The notes beneath the pieces are model-generated. The model made no database searches and had not been told where the DNA came from. It saw nothing but the letters and a program-made list of their open reading frames with translations. Made by a program: the position numbers and the translations under genes. A DNA stretch of 64,000 nucleotides. It comes from Limnochordia bacterium. Lineage in GTDB: Bacteria > Bacillota > Limnochordia > DTU080. Below are positions 1-9,646 of this stretch, in pieces. The stretch lies in the NCBI GenBank assembly GCA_050951545.1, contig JBMNJG010000011.1, positions 224,001 through 288,000 of the forward strand, in the 5' to 3' direction. Numbering within the stretch: the first letter of the stretch is position 1; the number at the start of each line of letters is the position of its first letter.

Positions 1-1142
1 CCTCGGGGACCTACCACGGCGCAGAACACAGTCGCTTTGGGCACAGTCTCGGAGCCATGTGGGTCATGCACGCAGTTCTGGAACGTCTTCAACACATGGG
101 TTACTACATAGACGAGGAAGTCAGAGTCGTCGCCCTGTGTAGCGCTCTGCTGCATGATCTCGGGCATGGCCCGTTCTCACACGTCTTGGAGAGGTGTCTT
201 GTCCCCAGTGTGGCGCACGAGGAGTGGTCGGCGCGTCTCGTGCTTGATGATACCCATGTCCACCGCTGTCTGGCCGATGCAGACTCGCTGCTACCAGTTC
301 TAGTGGCGGCTGTGTTGCGTGGCGAGTACGACGGACCTCGCTTCGTGGTGGAGCTAGTCGCCAGCCAACTCGACGTAGATCGCATGGATTACCTGATTCG
401 GGATGCACTGTATGCTGGAGTTACCTACGGCCACTTCGATTTGCACAGAGTGATTCATACGCTGCAGTTGGTCGACGAGCAGGTGGTGGTGCAGGCTAAA
501 GGAGTCGTGGCTGTCGAGGAGTATGTCCTCGCTCGCTACCTCATGTACTGGCAGGTTTACTTCCATAAAGCGACGCGCAGTCAGGAGCTGTTGCTGCAGG
601 GGGTATGGCGTCGAGCCGTGAATCAGTGGCAGCAGGGGTACCTGACGGCCGATGAGACAGCACCGTCGCTACGGCCATTTCTGCGCGGCGATCCAATAAC
701 GTCGCAGGCATATCTGGCCTTGGATGACCATGACTATGTGGCTTCACTGAAAGCTTGGCGAGGGCATCAGGATCCGATCTTGGCAGATCTTGCGGGCCGT
801 TTCCTTGAGCGGCGGCTACTAAAGCCCGTTTTCAAGGTTCCCTACGCAGGGGAGGTGAGCCCTCAATTTGGGGTGGTACGCGAGCTTGTCTCAAGACGGG
901 GCTGGGACCCGGAGTACTACGTGATGCTAGATCGAACGAGCGATGTGGCCTACGATACATACGATGCTGACGAGGAATCGGCTGGGTCACCTATTCTTAG
1001 CCTGGATGAGACTGGTCGCCCTAGAGAGATCAGCCACCTCTCGCCAGCCATACGAGCGGTAGCAGTGCGCCCCAGGCGGGCGGTGAACCTGTACGTACCT
1101 CAGGACGTGGTCCAAGAGGTACGTACCTTGTTTCGCGTATAG
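1..1142 (+). CDS. HD-domain phosphohydrolase (YwfO/SAMHD1-like dNTPase family), 5'-partial
   Basis: The frame is open from the window start (SGTYHGAEHSRFGHSLGAM). Family motifs LLHDLGHGPFSH, QLDVDRMDYL and MYWQVYFHK are present. Confidence 0.9.
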   Translation, partial: SGTYHGAEHSRFGHSLGAMWVMHAVLERLQHMGYYIDEEVRVVALCSALLHDLGHGPFSHVLERCLVPSVAHEEWSARLVLDDTHVHRCLADADSLLPVLVAAVLRGEYDGPRFVVELVASQLDVDRMDYLIRDALYAGVTYGHFDLHRVIHTLQLVDEQVVVQAKGVVAVEEYVLARYLMYWQVYFHKATRSQELLLQGVWRRAVNQWQQGYLTADETAPSLRPFLRGDPITSQAYLALDDHDYVASLKAWRGHQDPILADLAGRFLERRLLKPVFKVPYAGEVSPQFGVVRELVSRRGWDPEYYVMLDRTSDVAYDTYDADEESAGSPILSLDETGRPREISHLSPAIRAVAVRPRRAVNLYVPQDVVQEVRTLFRV

Positions 1143-1155
1143 ATTCATTGGGCCT

Positions 1156-1920
1156 TCAGTCACCGTGGCGTTCGTCGGGCACCTCATCGTCCGTGGGGGT
1201 AGGAAAGGCAGTGTCGGAACTTACGTTGCCTTCGCTGATGTTTACGATCCGGTCGCACATGGCAGCGATTTCGCCAGATTCGGTCGCGAGCACGTAGGTC
1301 TGGCCGAACTCGTAGTTAAGCCCGCGCATGAGCTCTACCAGCTCCTGGGCAGCATCAACGCTTAGCTCGCCTGTGGGCTCATCACAGAGGAGGAGAAGCG
1401 GATCGTTTACTAGGGCGCGGGCAAGTGCGACTCGTTGCTGATCGCCGCTTGATAGCTCCGACGGTCTGTGGTACATGCGATCATGCAGCCCCACGCGCAC
1501 GAGCCATTCGCCAGCACATTGCTCCGCCTTTTTATGAGGCATCTTACGATAGCGCAGCGGAAGCATGACGTTTTCAATCGCCGTAAGGGTCGGAACAAGG
1601 TGGTGTTCCTGAAACAAGAAGCCCATTTTTTCGCCCCGCACACCAGCTAGACGATTGGTCGGCAGCTCCGTTACGTCCTCGTCGGCGATGCGTATTCTTC
1701 CTGAGGTGGGGCGATCAAGGCAGCCGAGCAGTTGGATCAGTGTGCTCTTCCCAGAACCTTCGGGTCCCAAGATGGCGACAAACTCTCCGCGCCAGATGCT
1801 CAGAGATAGCCCGTCCAGTGCCCGCACATACTCCGTCGGGTTGATGCGGTAATCCATCACTAATTCATGTGCTTCTACAAGTGGAGTCTCTTCCAACGTG
1901 TAATTCTCACTGTTCACCAC
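1156..1920 (-). CDS. ABC transporter ATP-binding protein (LolD/MacB-type), orphan, with atypical motifs
   Basis: Walker A GPEGSGKST, Q-loop GFLFQ, signature LSSGDQQR, Walker B LLLCDEPT. GTG start at 1920 follows an AAGGAGG RBS. Confidence 0.85.
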   Translation of the reverse strand: MVNSENYTLEETPLVEAHELVMDYRINPTEYVRALDGLSLSIWRGEFVAILGPEGSGKSTLIQLLGCLDRPTSGRIRIADEDVTELPTNRLAGVRGEKMGFLFQEHHLVPTLTAIENVMLPLRYRKMPHKKAEQCAGEWLVRVGLHDRMYHRPSELSSGDQQRVALARALVNDPLLLLCDEPTGELSVDAAQELVELMRGLNYEFGQTYVLATESGEIAAMCDRIVNISEGNVSSDTAFPTPTDDEVPDERHGD

Positions 1921-2258
1921 AGTAACGTCCTCCTTAAGTGCAAAGCCAGGACCAGAATCAGACGAGACTGCCTCCGGTCTGCGTCGATAGGCGCCGCTCG
2001 CGTCTGGATAGCAGAAGGGATCCGCGCGCGAATCTTCTAGAGATTTGCGGGGGCTCTGGCGTGTGTGATATGCACACGGCCAGAGGGGCGAGCAAGGGTC
2101 TCGCACTCAGACAAGAGCTTCGCCTGAATAGCCGAAGTACCTTTCCGGGTTGTGGTCAGCATAGGTTGCGGCTGTCTACTCGTTCTAGTGTAACCCCGCA
2201 GGTGGTTCATAACAAGCCTACCGCGTAAAGAGTTGGCGAATCGAGGTGCTCAGGGGGC

Positions 2259-2288
2259 TTGACACCATCATGGCGAGATGGGTAACAT
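2259..2288 (+). promoter_or_regulatory. sigma-A-like promoter
   Basis: TTGACA-N18-TAACAT upstream of the FmdB-family gene. Confidence 0.55.
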
Positions 2289-2395
2289 TGTGCATAGTTT
2301 GGCTGGCGACATGCCTGCACAGCACAACACGGTTTCTTGGAGGAAGGCCCGTATCGCTAGACAACGTAGCAACGTCTTTGTGGGAGGTCAGGTAC

Positions 2396-2644
2396 ATGCC
2401 ACACTATGATTACCGATGCGAGAAATGCGGCCAGTTTGAGGTGTACCAGTCAATCAAGGCAGACCCGCTTTCGGCGTGCCCTACCTGCGGCCGTGCAGTA
2501 CAGCGGCTGATAAGCCGCAATGTGAACCTCTTGTTCAAGGGTTCTGGGTTTCATATCACCGATTATCGGAGCGATGCTTACAAGCAGAAGGCGCAGGCCG
2601 ACAAGGCTAGCTCCACGGCGGCAAGTAGCTCTAGCGCTAGTTGA
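2396..2644 (+). CDS. FmdB-family zinc-ribbon regulatory protein (CxxC_CxxC_SSSS)
   Basis: MPHYDYRCEKCG...CPTCG...FKGSGFHITDY followed by a Ser/Ala-rich tail; GGAGG RBS. Confidence 0.9.
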   Translation: MPHYDYRCEKCGQFEVYQSIKADPLSACPTCGRAVQRLISRNVNLLFKGSGFHITDYRSDAYKQKAQADKASSTAASSSSAS

Positions 2645-2670
2645 GCGGGATATGGGCTTTCCCCTGTAAG

Positions 2671-2708
2671 CAGCGGGCCTCCCAAGCGCAGGCCCGCTGT
2701 TTGTTTTG
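2671..2708 (+). terminator. intrinsic terminator
   Basis: 10-bp stem CAGCGGGCCT/AGGCCCGCTG followed by TTTGTTTT, between convergent genes. Confidence 0.7.
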
Positions 2709-2714
2709 GTTGAG

Positions 2715-3908
2715 CTAGCTGATCTGCCGAAAGAAGGCCTCAATGCGTTCCAGCCCCGTCTTTATGCGAGCCATGGAGGTGGCGTAGGAGATGCGCACAT
2801 ATCCCTCAGCGCCGAAGGCGCTTCCGGGAACCAAAGCTACGCGCGCCTCAGTAAGCAATAGCTGGGCGAGTTGCGAGGAGCCGTCTATCAGGCGTCCTTT
2901 GTAGTGCTTGCCAAACATGGAAGCCACGTTGGGGAAGGCGTAGAAGGCGCCTTCCGGAAGACGACAGCGGATGCCTGGCATCGTGTTGAGCTGTGTGACG
3001 AGGTACTCGCGCCGGCGAGCAAACTCGACAACCATTCTATCCACAGAGTCCTGCGACCCTTCTAGGGCTTCGAGAGCCGCCTTCTGAGCGATGGAGGTGG
3101 CATTTGACGTGCTGTGGCTCTGAAGGCTACCTATGGCTCTGATGACATCGGCATTGCCGAGAACATATCCGATGCGCCAGCCAGTCATGGCGTGGCTTTT
3201 CGAGACGCCGTGAACTAGAAGGGTAAGTGCCTTCATGGCTGGGCCGATTTGAGCAATGCTGACGTGGGGCTCCCCGGTATAGTTGAAGGGTTCATAGATC
3301 TCGTCGGAGATGACCACGATCTGTCCGTCCACGGCCACCGCAGCGATCGCCTCCAACTCGCTACGGGTGTAGACGGCACCGGTTGGGTTGGCAGGGCTGT
3401 TGAGTATCAGCGCCTTGGTGCGCGGGCTGATTGCCTGACGGATCTGCTCGGCGCCTACCTTGAAGCCTTGTTTCTCTGGGCCCTCAATGACAACGGGTAC
3501 CCCTCCGGCCAGACGCACCTGCTCCAGATATGAGACCCAATAGGGAGCTGGCACAATGACTTCGTCGCCTTCATTCAGCAGAACCTGGAAAATGTTGTAA
3601 AGGGCGTGCTTGGCACCTACGCAGACGACGATTTCGTGGGGAGCATAATCCAGTGCGCAGTCACGGGCAAAGCGGCGACTTATGGCCTCTTTCAGCTCGG
3701 GGATACCGCTGGCAGGCGTGTACTTCGTGAATCCCGATTGGATGGCTTCGATAGCCGCTGCTCTGATATTGGCTGGGGTATCGAAATCAGGTTGGCCTAC
3801 TGTGAGATTAACGATGTCTGTTCCCTGGCGCACCATCTGGTTCGTCAGTGTATCCATGGCCAGGGTTGCTGAAGGCTGCATACTCGACGCCCGCGTTGAA
3901 AGGTTCAT
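2715..3908 (-). CDS. aspC: PLP-dependent class I/II aminotransferase (aspartate aminotransferase family)
   Basis: GQPDFDTP, NSPANPTG, SDEIY, SKSHAMTGWRIG (PLP lysine), YVRISYA. Confidence 0.85.
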   Translation of the reverse strand: MNLSTRASSMQPSATLAMDTLTNQMVRQGTDIVNLTVGQPDFDTPANIRAAAIEAIQSGFTKYTPASGIPELKEAISRRFARDCALDYAPHEIVVCVGAKHALYNIFQVLLNEGDEVIVPAPYWVSYLEQVRLAGGVPVVIEGPEKQGFKVGAEQIRQAISPRTKALILNSPANPTGAVYTRSELEAIAAVAVDGQIVVISDEIYEPFNYTGEPHVSIAQIGPAMKALTLLVHGVSKSHAMTGWRIGYVLGNADVIRAIGSLQSHSTSNATSIAQKAALEALEGSQDSVDRMVVEFARRREYLVTQLNTMPGIRCRLPEGAFYAFPNVASMFGKHYKGRLIDGSSQLAQLLLTEARVALVPGSAFGAEGYVRISYATSMARIKTGLERIEAFFRQIS

Positions 3909-4097
3909 TGCGACATTTCCCCTTTGAAGAATCGTTCCATGCTACATCATCGACAGGAGCGCTCCTCATGCTATGGCTTGAGGTGGGCAGGCGGCGCCCA
4001 GACGATAGGTTCCCTTGAACACCTGGCGTGCTATTCGTGCCGGATGGCGGAAACCCTTTGGCAGAGAGCTACCATCGCTGTGTATACTTGCCGATGG

Positions 4098-4144
4098 AAA
4101 AAACGCCAAGCGCCACTGGGTGTCATTAATCAGCGACGCTTGGC
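4098..4144 (-). terminator. probable intrinsic terminator of the beta-barrel gene
   Basis: GCCAAGCG/CGCTTGGC stem next to an A6 run (U-tract on the minus strand). Confidence 0.45.
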
Positions 4145-4160
4145 CAGGCTGAGGCGGCTG

Positions 4161-5156
4161 TCAGAAGCGGATCGACACATCTGCGAATGTAGTGTCGAGA
4201 GCTGTGAATCCGTTCTTGGTGCCCGCACCGACTCCGACGCTTATCGGCCCAAGGTTGGCACCCAGTCCCGCCGTTGTAATCGGGGTGCCGTCTTTCGGGC
4301 GTGTTTGACCAGCGCGAAGACTGATGGCGTTGAAGAGAAAGTTGGCCTCGGCTCCGAAATGCACCGTGCCGACGGTATCGCCGTCGATGGCCAGAGTGAT
4401 CTTGGGGAAAGGTAGCCTGACTGCGACGCTGCCGCTGGTGACCGAAGTCAGCCGCTCCGTGTAGGACGGCTCCGCAGTCGTCACTCCTCCAGAAGTGGTC
4501 GTCCCCGTCCAGTGTGTCTGCGCTGCCAGATCGCGAGCAGAGACGCCTAGGGTAACTAGTTCGGTGATGTTGGCGAGAACACCAACGCCAAGCGAGTAGC
4601 CAACACCGTCCCAGGCGGTTTCTGTGACGGCTGAAGTATCAGTGTTCACTTCGAATCGTCTGCGCTCAGCGTCTCTACGCTGAACTTGGAAGCCCATCCG
4701 TAATTTGCCAGCGTTCAGCGGGACGGAGACGACGGTGAAGCCAGCACCGATAGCCATTCGCTGCTGGAACTCGGTGTCGATGATCTTGTTGACACCTTCA
4801 GTGTCGACTTCGTACTTGCCGTCGATCAGAAGCCCCAATGCCACCGGACCAAGGCCGATTGCGGCCAGGCCGGACATGTTGTAATCTTGGCCCAGATCAG
4901 TTGGGTTCTTCAGGGCCGAGCGCAACTTGCTTAGGGTTTCGCTGTCAGTGGATCCCATGGTCCAGGCAGCATCAAACCATTTTTGCCCGAGGCCACCAGG
5001 GTTGTAGGCGAGACCACTGACGTCTGAAGAAAGGGCATTGTAGGCTCCCCCCATGCTGTAGGCACGGGCACTATACTCAGCAGCTACTGCTGTGCATGTT
5101 ATCAACGACACAATCAGAACAGACGTGAGGCAGCGAACGAGCCATCGCATATGCAT
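4161..5156 (-). CDS. Putative outer-membrane beta-barrel protein (FadL/PorV/TraF-like N-terminus)
   Basis: Signal peptide, then SARAYSMGGAYNALSSDVSGLAYNPGGL (FadL/PorV-type hatch motif), amphipathic strands and a terminal Phe (ADVSIRF). Confidence 0.7.
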   Translation of the reverse strand: MHMRWLVRCLTSVLIVSLITCTAVAAEYSARAYSMGGAYNALSSDVSGLAYNPGGLGQKWFDAAWTMGSTDSETLSKLRSALKNPTDLGQDYNMSGLAAIGLGPVALGLLIDGKYEVDTEGVNKIIDTEFQQRMAIGAGFTVVSVPLNAGKLRMGFQVQRRDAERRRFEVNTDTSAVTETAWDGVGYSLGVGVLANITELVTLGVSARDLAAQTHWTGTTTSGGVTTAEPSYTERLTSVTSGSVAVRLPFPKITLAIDGDTVGTVHFGAEANFLFNAISLRAGQTRPKDGTPITTAGLGANLGPISVGVGAGTKNGFTALDTTFADVSIRF

Positions 5157-5255
5157 CCTCACAGCACCTCCGTAGTAGCCTGGCAAAGCCAAAGCATAAG
5201 CCGTGGTTACGACTATTGCCTAGCTTTTTCGCTACTTTGAGGTGCAAACCCTGCG

Positions 5256-5903
5256 TCACGCCTGCTCATGGGCAGGAGATTTCTGCGCGGTCTGCGTGAT
5301 ACGTTGCAGGTTGCGCTGAAGCACTTGCGGCCGCGGGCGGCCGACCAAGTGGGCCTGCACTACTCCATCTCTGTCGATGAATACATAAGTGGGCGTCGCC
5401 TTGACAAGGTAGGCTGCGCTCACTGTCCCTTCTTGATCTAAGAGGACGGGAAAACTGAGACGCTGTTGCTGTGTAATAGTCTTGACGAGCTCAGGTTTTT
5501 CCAGCAAGTTAATGGCTAAGATGACAAGTTGGTTCTCGCTGTGGGCTTGATGCAGCTCTTCCAGCTGGGGCATGTCGTCACGGCAGAACGTGCACCAACT
5601 AGCCCAGAAGTAGAGAAGCACCGGATGACCTCGGTAAGAAGACAGAGTACGACTCTCTTGTTGCGTGTCAAGCAATGTGATGTCAGGAGCTGGTGCTCCC
5701 ACGGCAAAAGAAGTGGAACCCGGCTCTGGCTCGGTGGACGCGGGAAGACTGTGCCATAGGACAGTCCGAGGCATCGGCGTGGATGTGAATACCGCCGTCC
5801 GCAAGAGGATGGCGTATCCTATGGCTGCCAGGGCTAGGATAAAGAGAGCAATCCATAAGATCAGTCTGTCGGCCCTGAGGGCGATGAAGCGAATAGGCGA
5901 CAC
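5256..5903 (-). CDS. Membrane-anchored TlpA/ResA-family thiol-disulfide oxidoreductase
   Basis: N-terminal TM helix; GAPAPDI, FWASWCTFC and cis-Pro loop ATPT. Confidence 0.85.
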   Translation of the reverse strand: MSPIRFIALRADRLILWIALFILALAAIGYAILLRTAVFTSTPMPRTVLWHSLPASTEPEPGSTSFAVGAPAPDITLLDTQQESRTLSSYRGHPVLLYFWASWCTFCRDDMPQLEELHQAHSENQLVILAINLLEKPELVKTITQQQRLSFPVLLDQEGTVSAAYLVKATPTYVFIDRDGVVQAHLVGRPRPQVLQRNLQRITQTAQKSPAHEQA

Positions 5904-6019
5904 AGTTGTGCTCCTCTCTGCCCATACTAGATGATGTGTACGCTAACACGCATCAGAATATGTGGCAAGACAGGGCTCAGGTACGTGCATCTGCTGGCAT
6001 TTGCTGAAGCCGTGAAGCG

Positions 6020-6048
6020 TTGACACGTTGAGACGAGGGTGTTAGGAT
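6020..6048 (+). promoter_or_regulatory. sigma-A promoter of metK
   Basis: TTGACA-N17-TAGGAT with an extended -10 TG. Confidence 0.75.
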
Positions 6049-6112
6049 AGAAACGGCTTCCATAAGGGGCCTGCGCTGTCATGCCCCGTAATCGCAAATG
6101 TATGCCATTTGG

Positions 6113-6220
6113 CTCTTATCGAGAGAGGTGGAGGGACAGGCCCGATGAAACCCGGCAACCAGCCTGTTGGCCAGGTGCCAATTCCTTCAGGAGTGGCGAT
6201 GCCGTCCTGGAAGATAAGAG
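6113..6220 (+). ncRNA. SAM-I (S-box) riboswitch aptamer
   Basis: P1 CTCTTATC/GATAAGAG; conserved GAGAG-GGTGGAGGGACAGGCCCGATGAAACCCGGCAACC and GGTGCCAATTCC; located upstream of metK. Confidence 0.97.
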
Positions 6221-6230
6221 AGTGGATCTC

Positions 6231-6257
6231 AATCTCTTCCAGCGGGGAGATTTTTTT
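6231..6257 (+). terminator. S-box expression-platform terminator
   Basis: ATCTCTTCC-AGC-GGGGAGAT hairpin plus a T-run directly after the aptamer. Confidence 0.85.
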
Positions 6258-6304
6258 CGTTTCACAGGTGTTTGGCGTACACCATCAGGAGGAGAGAAGT
6301 TCCC

Positions 6305-7516
6305 ATGGGCATGAGGCGGTTTCTGTTTACCTCTGAGTCGGTAACCGAGGGACACCCCGACAAGATCTGCGATCAGATCTCGGACAGTGTGCTTGACAGC
6401 ATTTTAGCCCGAGACCCTCAAGCGCGTGTGGCCTGTGAGACAGCGGTCACCACAGGACTGGTGCTGGTTATGGGGGAGATCACCACTACGGCGCATGTGG
6501 ATGTAGCGCATGTGGTGCGCCAGAGGATCGCTGACATTGGCTACACCGATGCTCACTATGGTTTTGATGCCGCAACATGCGGTGTGATGGTTGCCCTAAA
6601 CGAGCAGTCGCCAGATATCGCCATGGGTGTTGACCGTTCTCTCGAGGTGCGTGATGGAGCAGGCACCGATCGGTATGAGCAAGTGGGCGCTGGAGATCAG
6701 GGTTTGGTCTTTGGCTACGCTACTCGGGAGACGCCGGAGTTGATGCCTCTGCCCATATCTCTGGCTCATGGTCTAGCCCGTCGCCTCGCTCAGGTACGCA
6801 AAAGCGGCGAACTGAGCTATCTGCGGCCAGATGGAAAGACCCAGGTTACGGTAGAATACCTTGATTACACCCCTGTGCGAGTGAGCGCTATCGTGGTTTC
6901 GACCCAGCATGATCCTGATGTCGACCAGGTCACCATTGCTAGAGATGTGGTGGACAGGGTGATCCGACCAGTCGTGCCGGAGCATCTGTTGGACAAGCAG
7001 ACCCGCTTTTTGGTCAATCCTACCGGTCGTTTTGTCGTTGGGGGTCCCATGGGCGATGCTGGTGTGACGGGGCGGAAGATCATTGTCGACACGTACGGTG
7101 GAAGTGGCAGGCATGGTGGAGGTGCTTTGTCGGGTAAGGATCCCACGAAGGTGGATCGATCCGGAGCCTATGCAGCCAGGCATGCTGCCAAAAACGTCGT
7201 GGCTGCAGGCCTCGCCTCGCGTTGTGAGCTGCAAATCGCCTATGTTATTGGCAGTTCGCGTCCCGTGTCATTGATGGTCGATACCTTTGGAACTGGCACT
7301 TTGGCCGATGAGGAGATCGCCAAGCTGGTGAAAGTCCACTTTGATATGCGCCCGGCAGCGATCATTGACAGATTTCAGCTGCGTCGGCCTATCTACCAGC
7401 AGACGGCGGCCTACGGTCACTTTGGTCGTCCGGATCTCGACCTGCCTTGGGAAAGACTTGACGTGGCCGATGCGCTGCGTTCAGCAGCTGCCTATACTGA
7501 GGCGAGGAAGCGCTAA
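6305..7516 (+). CDS. metK: S-adenosylmethionine synthetase
   Basis: [40 protein letters not shown]. Confidence 0.98.
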   Translation: MGMRRFLFTSESVTEGHPDKICDQISDSVLDSILARDPQARVACETAVTTGLVLVMGEITTTAHVDVAHVVRQRIADIGYTDAHYGFDAATCGVMVALNEQSPDIAMGVDRSLEVRDGAGTDRYEQVGAGDQGLVFGYATRETPELMPLPISLAHGLARRLAQVRKSGELSYLRPDGKTQVTVEYLDYTPVRVSAIVVSTQHDPDVDQVTIARDVVDRVIRPVVPEHLLDKQTRFLVNPTGRFVVGGPMGDAGVTGRKIIVDTYGGSGRHGGGALSGKDPTKVDRSGAYAARHAAKNVVAAGLASRCELQIAYVIGSSRPVSLMVDTFGTGTLADEEIAKLVKVHFDMRPAAIIDRFQLRRPIYQQTAAYGHFGRPDLDLPWERLDVADALRSAAAYTEARKR

Positions 7517-7537
7517 ATGAGCCATTGGTCATGATGC

Positions 7538-7570
7538 GGGCAGCCTGGTGTTTCTGGGCTGCTCTTTTTC
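7538..7570 (+). terminator. intrinsic terminator after metK
   Basis: GGGCAGCCTGG/CTGGGCTGCTC stem plus TTTTT. Confidence 0.75.
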
Positions 7571-7781
7571 TCACGCCGTGGGATAGTATGCATATCGCCG
7601 AATCCTGGCCGCATGAGAGTTGAAAAGGCTACAACCAGCTGCCTATAGGCCAGAGCGGCACAGGCTGGTACGGCCCTGCCTGACAGAAAGAAGGAATGAA
7701 AGCTGGGGGATAGAAGAACTACCGTGCCTATAGATAACGTCAGGCGTTATCGTCGATATCACAGGGAGGCGGGGGTCTAGT

Positions 7782-8369
7782 ATGGAGAGCGTAAGGCAAG
7801 GCGCAGGGGTGGTCGAGCGGGGTAGGCAGCATAGGGCTATTTCCGTCATCTGGTTGGCCATGGCACTTGTGGTGGGAGGCAGTTGGACGGTGTGGGCCGC
7901 AACCACCCAGACGAACTCCACATCATTGACACTCAACATTGGCGAGGCCATCGAGGTGGTGAGCTGGCCTGATGCTTCTCTGAACCTGGACAGCTCGGCT
8001 GTGCCCGGGGAGGAAGTGGTTTCTGGTCCGCTGCGTTTCACGGTCAAGTGTAACAGCGAATGGGGCATCGAGGTGAAATCCGATGAGCCTACGGGTAAGC
8101 TGCAGGAATTCGACCCTGGTACCAGCGCGTATGTGACAGACGGGAAGATAAGCCAGAATGCAGTCGAGTGGGGCTCAACGCCTAGCGGAGAGTGGGGCGT
8201 GCTGCAGGGGACTGGAGTGAACATAGCTACTAACCAGCCGCCAACAGGTGAATCCGGGAAGGCGATCACCTTTTTTCTGCGCTACTGTCCCGGGTTCAAC
8301 GACATTCGCCTCACCGAGGGTCATGTGTACCGTACCGTGTTGACATATACCGCGACCGTGGGTTACTGA
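7782..8369 (+). CDS. Secreted WxL-/Csu-like pilin-type beta-sandwich protein
   Basis: Signal peptide (ending VWA), all-beta pattern, W-x-I strand (SEWGIEV) and C-terminal YRTVLTYT; GGGAGG RBS. Confidence 0.6.
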   Translation: MESVRQGAGVVERGRQHRAISVIWLAMALVVGGSWTVWAATTQTNSTSLTLNIGEAIEVVSWPDASLNLDSSAVPGEEVVSGPLRFTVKCNSEWGIEVKSDEPTGKLQEFDPGTSAYVTDGKISQNAVEWGSTPSGEWGVLQGTGVNIATNQPPTGESGKAITFFLRYCPGFNDIRLTEGHVYRTVLTYTATVGY

Positions 8370-8501
8370 GGTCTGGGGACTAGGGGGCAGCCACTCGTAG
8401 GGGTGCCCTTCCTGCGGGTGACTGTCTTCTAGGCGTCGAGGGCTGGGTAGAGCGTGCTCATGTCGAGAGCGCATCGCAGAGCGTGCGAAGGAGGTTATGC
8501 C

Positions 8502-9641
8502 ATGCGCCAGAGCAATCGGTTTCGTGTCTTTCTGCTGATGATGGTGGCACTGACGACATGCAGCCTACGTGGTGAAGCTGGAGTGATCATCGCCCCAGCT
8601 CGGCTGGAAGCTGTGGTGGGCCCCGAGGGCAGCACTCCGGGGTTGCGCATCCTCAACACAGGTTCGGAATCAGTGATGGTAAGCCTATCCCTAGTCGATG
8701 GAGGGCACGATCTTGAGGGGGTACCTGTGTTCGATGAGAGTCCAGCGGGTAGAGAGCGCTGGGCAGGGAGTGTCTTCCTGGAAAGGACCGAGGTGTTCTT
8801 GGGCCCGCAGGAGTCGGTGCCTATCAAGATACGCGCGATTCCTGAGCAGGGCAGAGGTTTGTATCCGGTGGTCATGGCTGAGATCCAGCCAACTGGGACT
8901 CGGCCTGCTGGTGTCGTTACCATGGCTCGGGTGGCGGTGCCAGTACTGCTGACAAGCACACCAGGGAACACGGTAGTAAGAGCGTCGGAGCTGGAAATCA
9001 GGCAGGAGCGTGTAGGGGGCCCTGTGCTTCTCGAGGGGATCGTCCGAAACGAAGGCGAGGTCCATGTGCGCGCTGGAGCGCGGGTGGCGATTGAAGGACC
9101 TGACACTGTGGATGAACTCCTGCTAAAGCCAGTAACCGTGCTTCCGGGTGCTGCCCGTCGCGTACGCGGGGAGTGGCGGCCCGACTCGCTTCCGCCGGGC
9201 CAGTACAATGCGTGCCTGATTCCTCATTATCCCTATGAAGTTTCCGAGACCGCATGGACAACGGCTTCCGTATCTTTCAGCGTGTTAAGGCCCTACGAGG
9301 TGGCGTCTGCGAAGCCGTGCTTGGAGCAGTTCTCAGTGAGACGAACATCAGGTCCAAACCTGGCCATGAAGGCTTTGGTAGGCAATCGGGGCAATATCGC
9401 TGGACAGGCGCGTCTCGTGGTTGAAGTGACGGATGAAGCTGGCCAGGAGGTGGGTCACCGCGACTGGCAACTGGGCATTGTGGCCCCTGGAGTCGGTCGG
9501 GCAGTAGGCGGCGAGATTCCTTTGACAATGTCACGGCCAGGTGGGTGTTTGGTTACGGCGTTACTGTGGCACAATGGTCGGCAAGTGGCCGAAGAGACGC
9601 TCTCTCTTCGGCTAGATCCGGCGGCCCTGGCGGCTCGGTAA
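8502..9641 (+). CDS. Secreted PapD/DUF916-like chaperone-type protein with three Ig-like modules
   Basis: Signal peptide; GVIIAPARLE...LRILNTG...LGPQES (PapD-N-like), then two repeats of V-x-N-x-G...(L/A)PG-x3-RxV...PG. Confidence 0.6.
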   Translation: MRQSNRFRVFLLMMVALTTCSLRGEAGVIIAPARLEAVVGPEGSTPGLRILNTGSESVMVSLSLVDGGHDLEGVPVFDESPAGRERWAGSVFLERTEVFLGPQESVPIKIRAIPEQGRGLYPVVMAEIQPTGTRPAGVVTMARVAVPVLLTSTPGNTVVRASELEIRQERVGGPVLLEGIVRNEGEVHVRAGARVAIEGPDTVDELLLKPVTVLPGAARRVRGEWRPDSLPPGQYNACLIPHYPYEVSETAWTTASVSFSVLRPYEVASAKPCLEQFSVRRTSGPNLAMKALVGNRGNIAGQARLVVEVTDEAGQEVGHRDWQLGIVAPGVGRAVGGEIPLTMSRPGGCLVTALLWHNGRQVAEETLSLRLDPAALAAR

Positions 9642-9646
9642 GGGAA

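Noticed and set aside
1-1142. HD protein as an anti-phage dNTPase or defence island marker
   Set aside because: It matches the widespread housekeeping YwfO-like family, and there are no defence or mobile genes nearby in the window.
1156-1920. Orphan ATPase as the missing motor of the 28-39 kb sugar ABC cluster
   Set aside because: It is LolD/MacB-type and lacks the C-terminal regulatory domain of MalK/MsmX ATPases.
1921-2395. ORF extensions 1921-2106 (-) and 2246-2395 (+), and the hairpin at 2054-2085
   Set aside because: Strong RBSs place the starts at 1920 and 2396; the region is a divergent promoter interval and the hairpin alone is uninformative.
5945-5990. sigma-E/K promoter (CATATTCT on the minus strand) that would make the TlpA gene stoA
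   Set aside because: Only a -10-like match with no clear -35; not enough to assign.
7575-7760. Cyclic-dinucleotide riboswitch upstream of the pilin-like gene
   Set aside because: Some stems are present (CTGGCC/GGCCAG, GATAACG/CGTTATC), but the conserved c-di-GMP-I/II and c-di-AMP motifs are missing.
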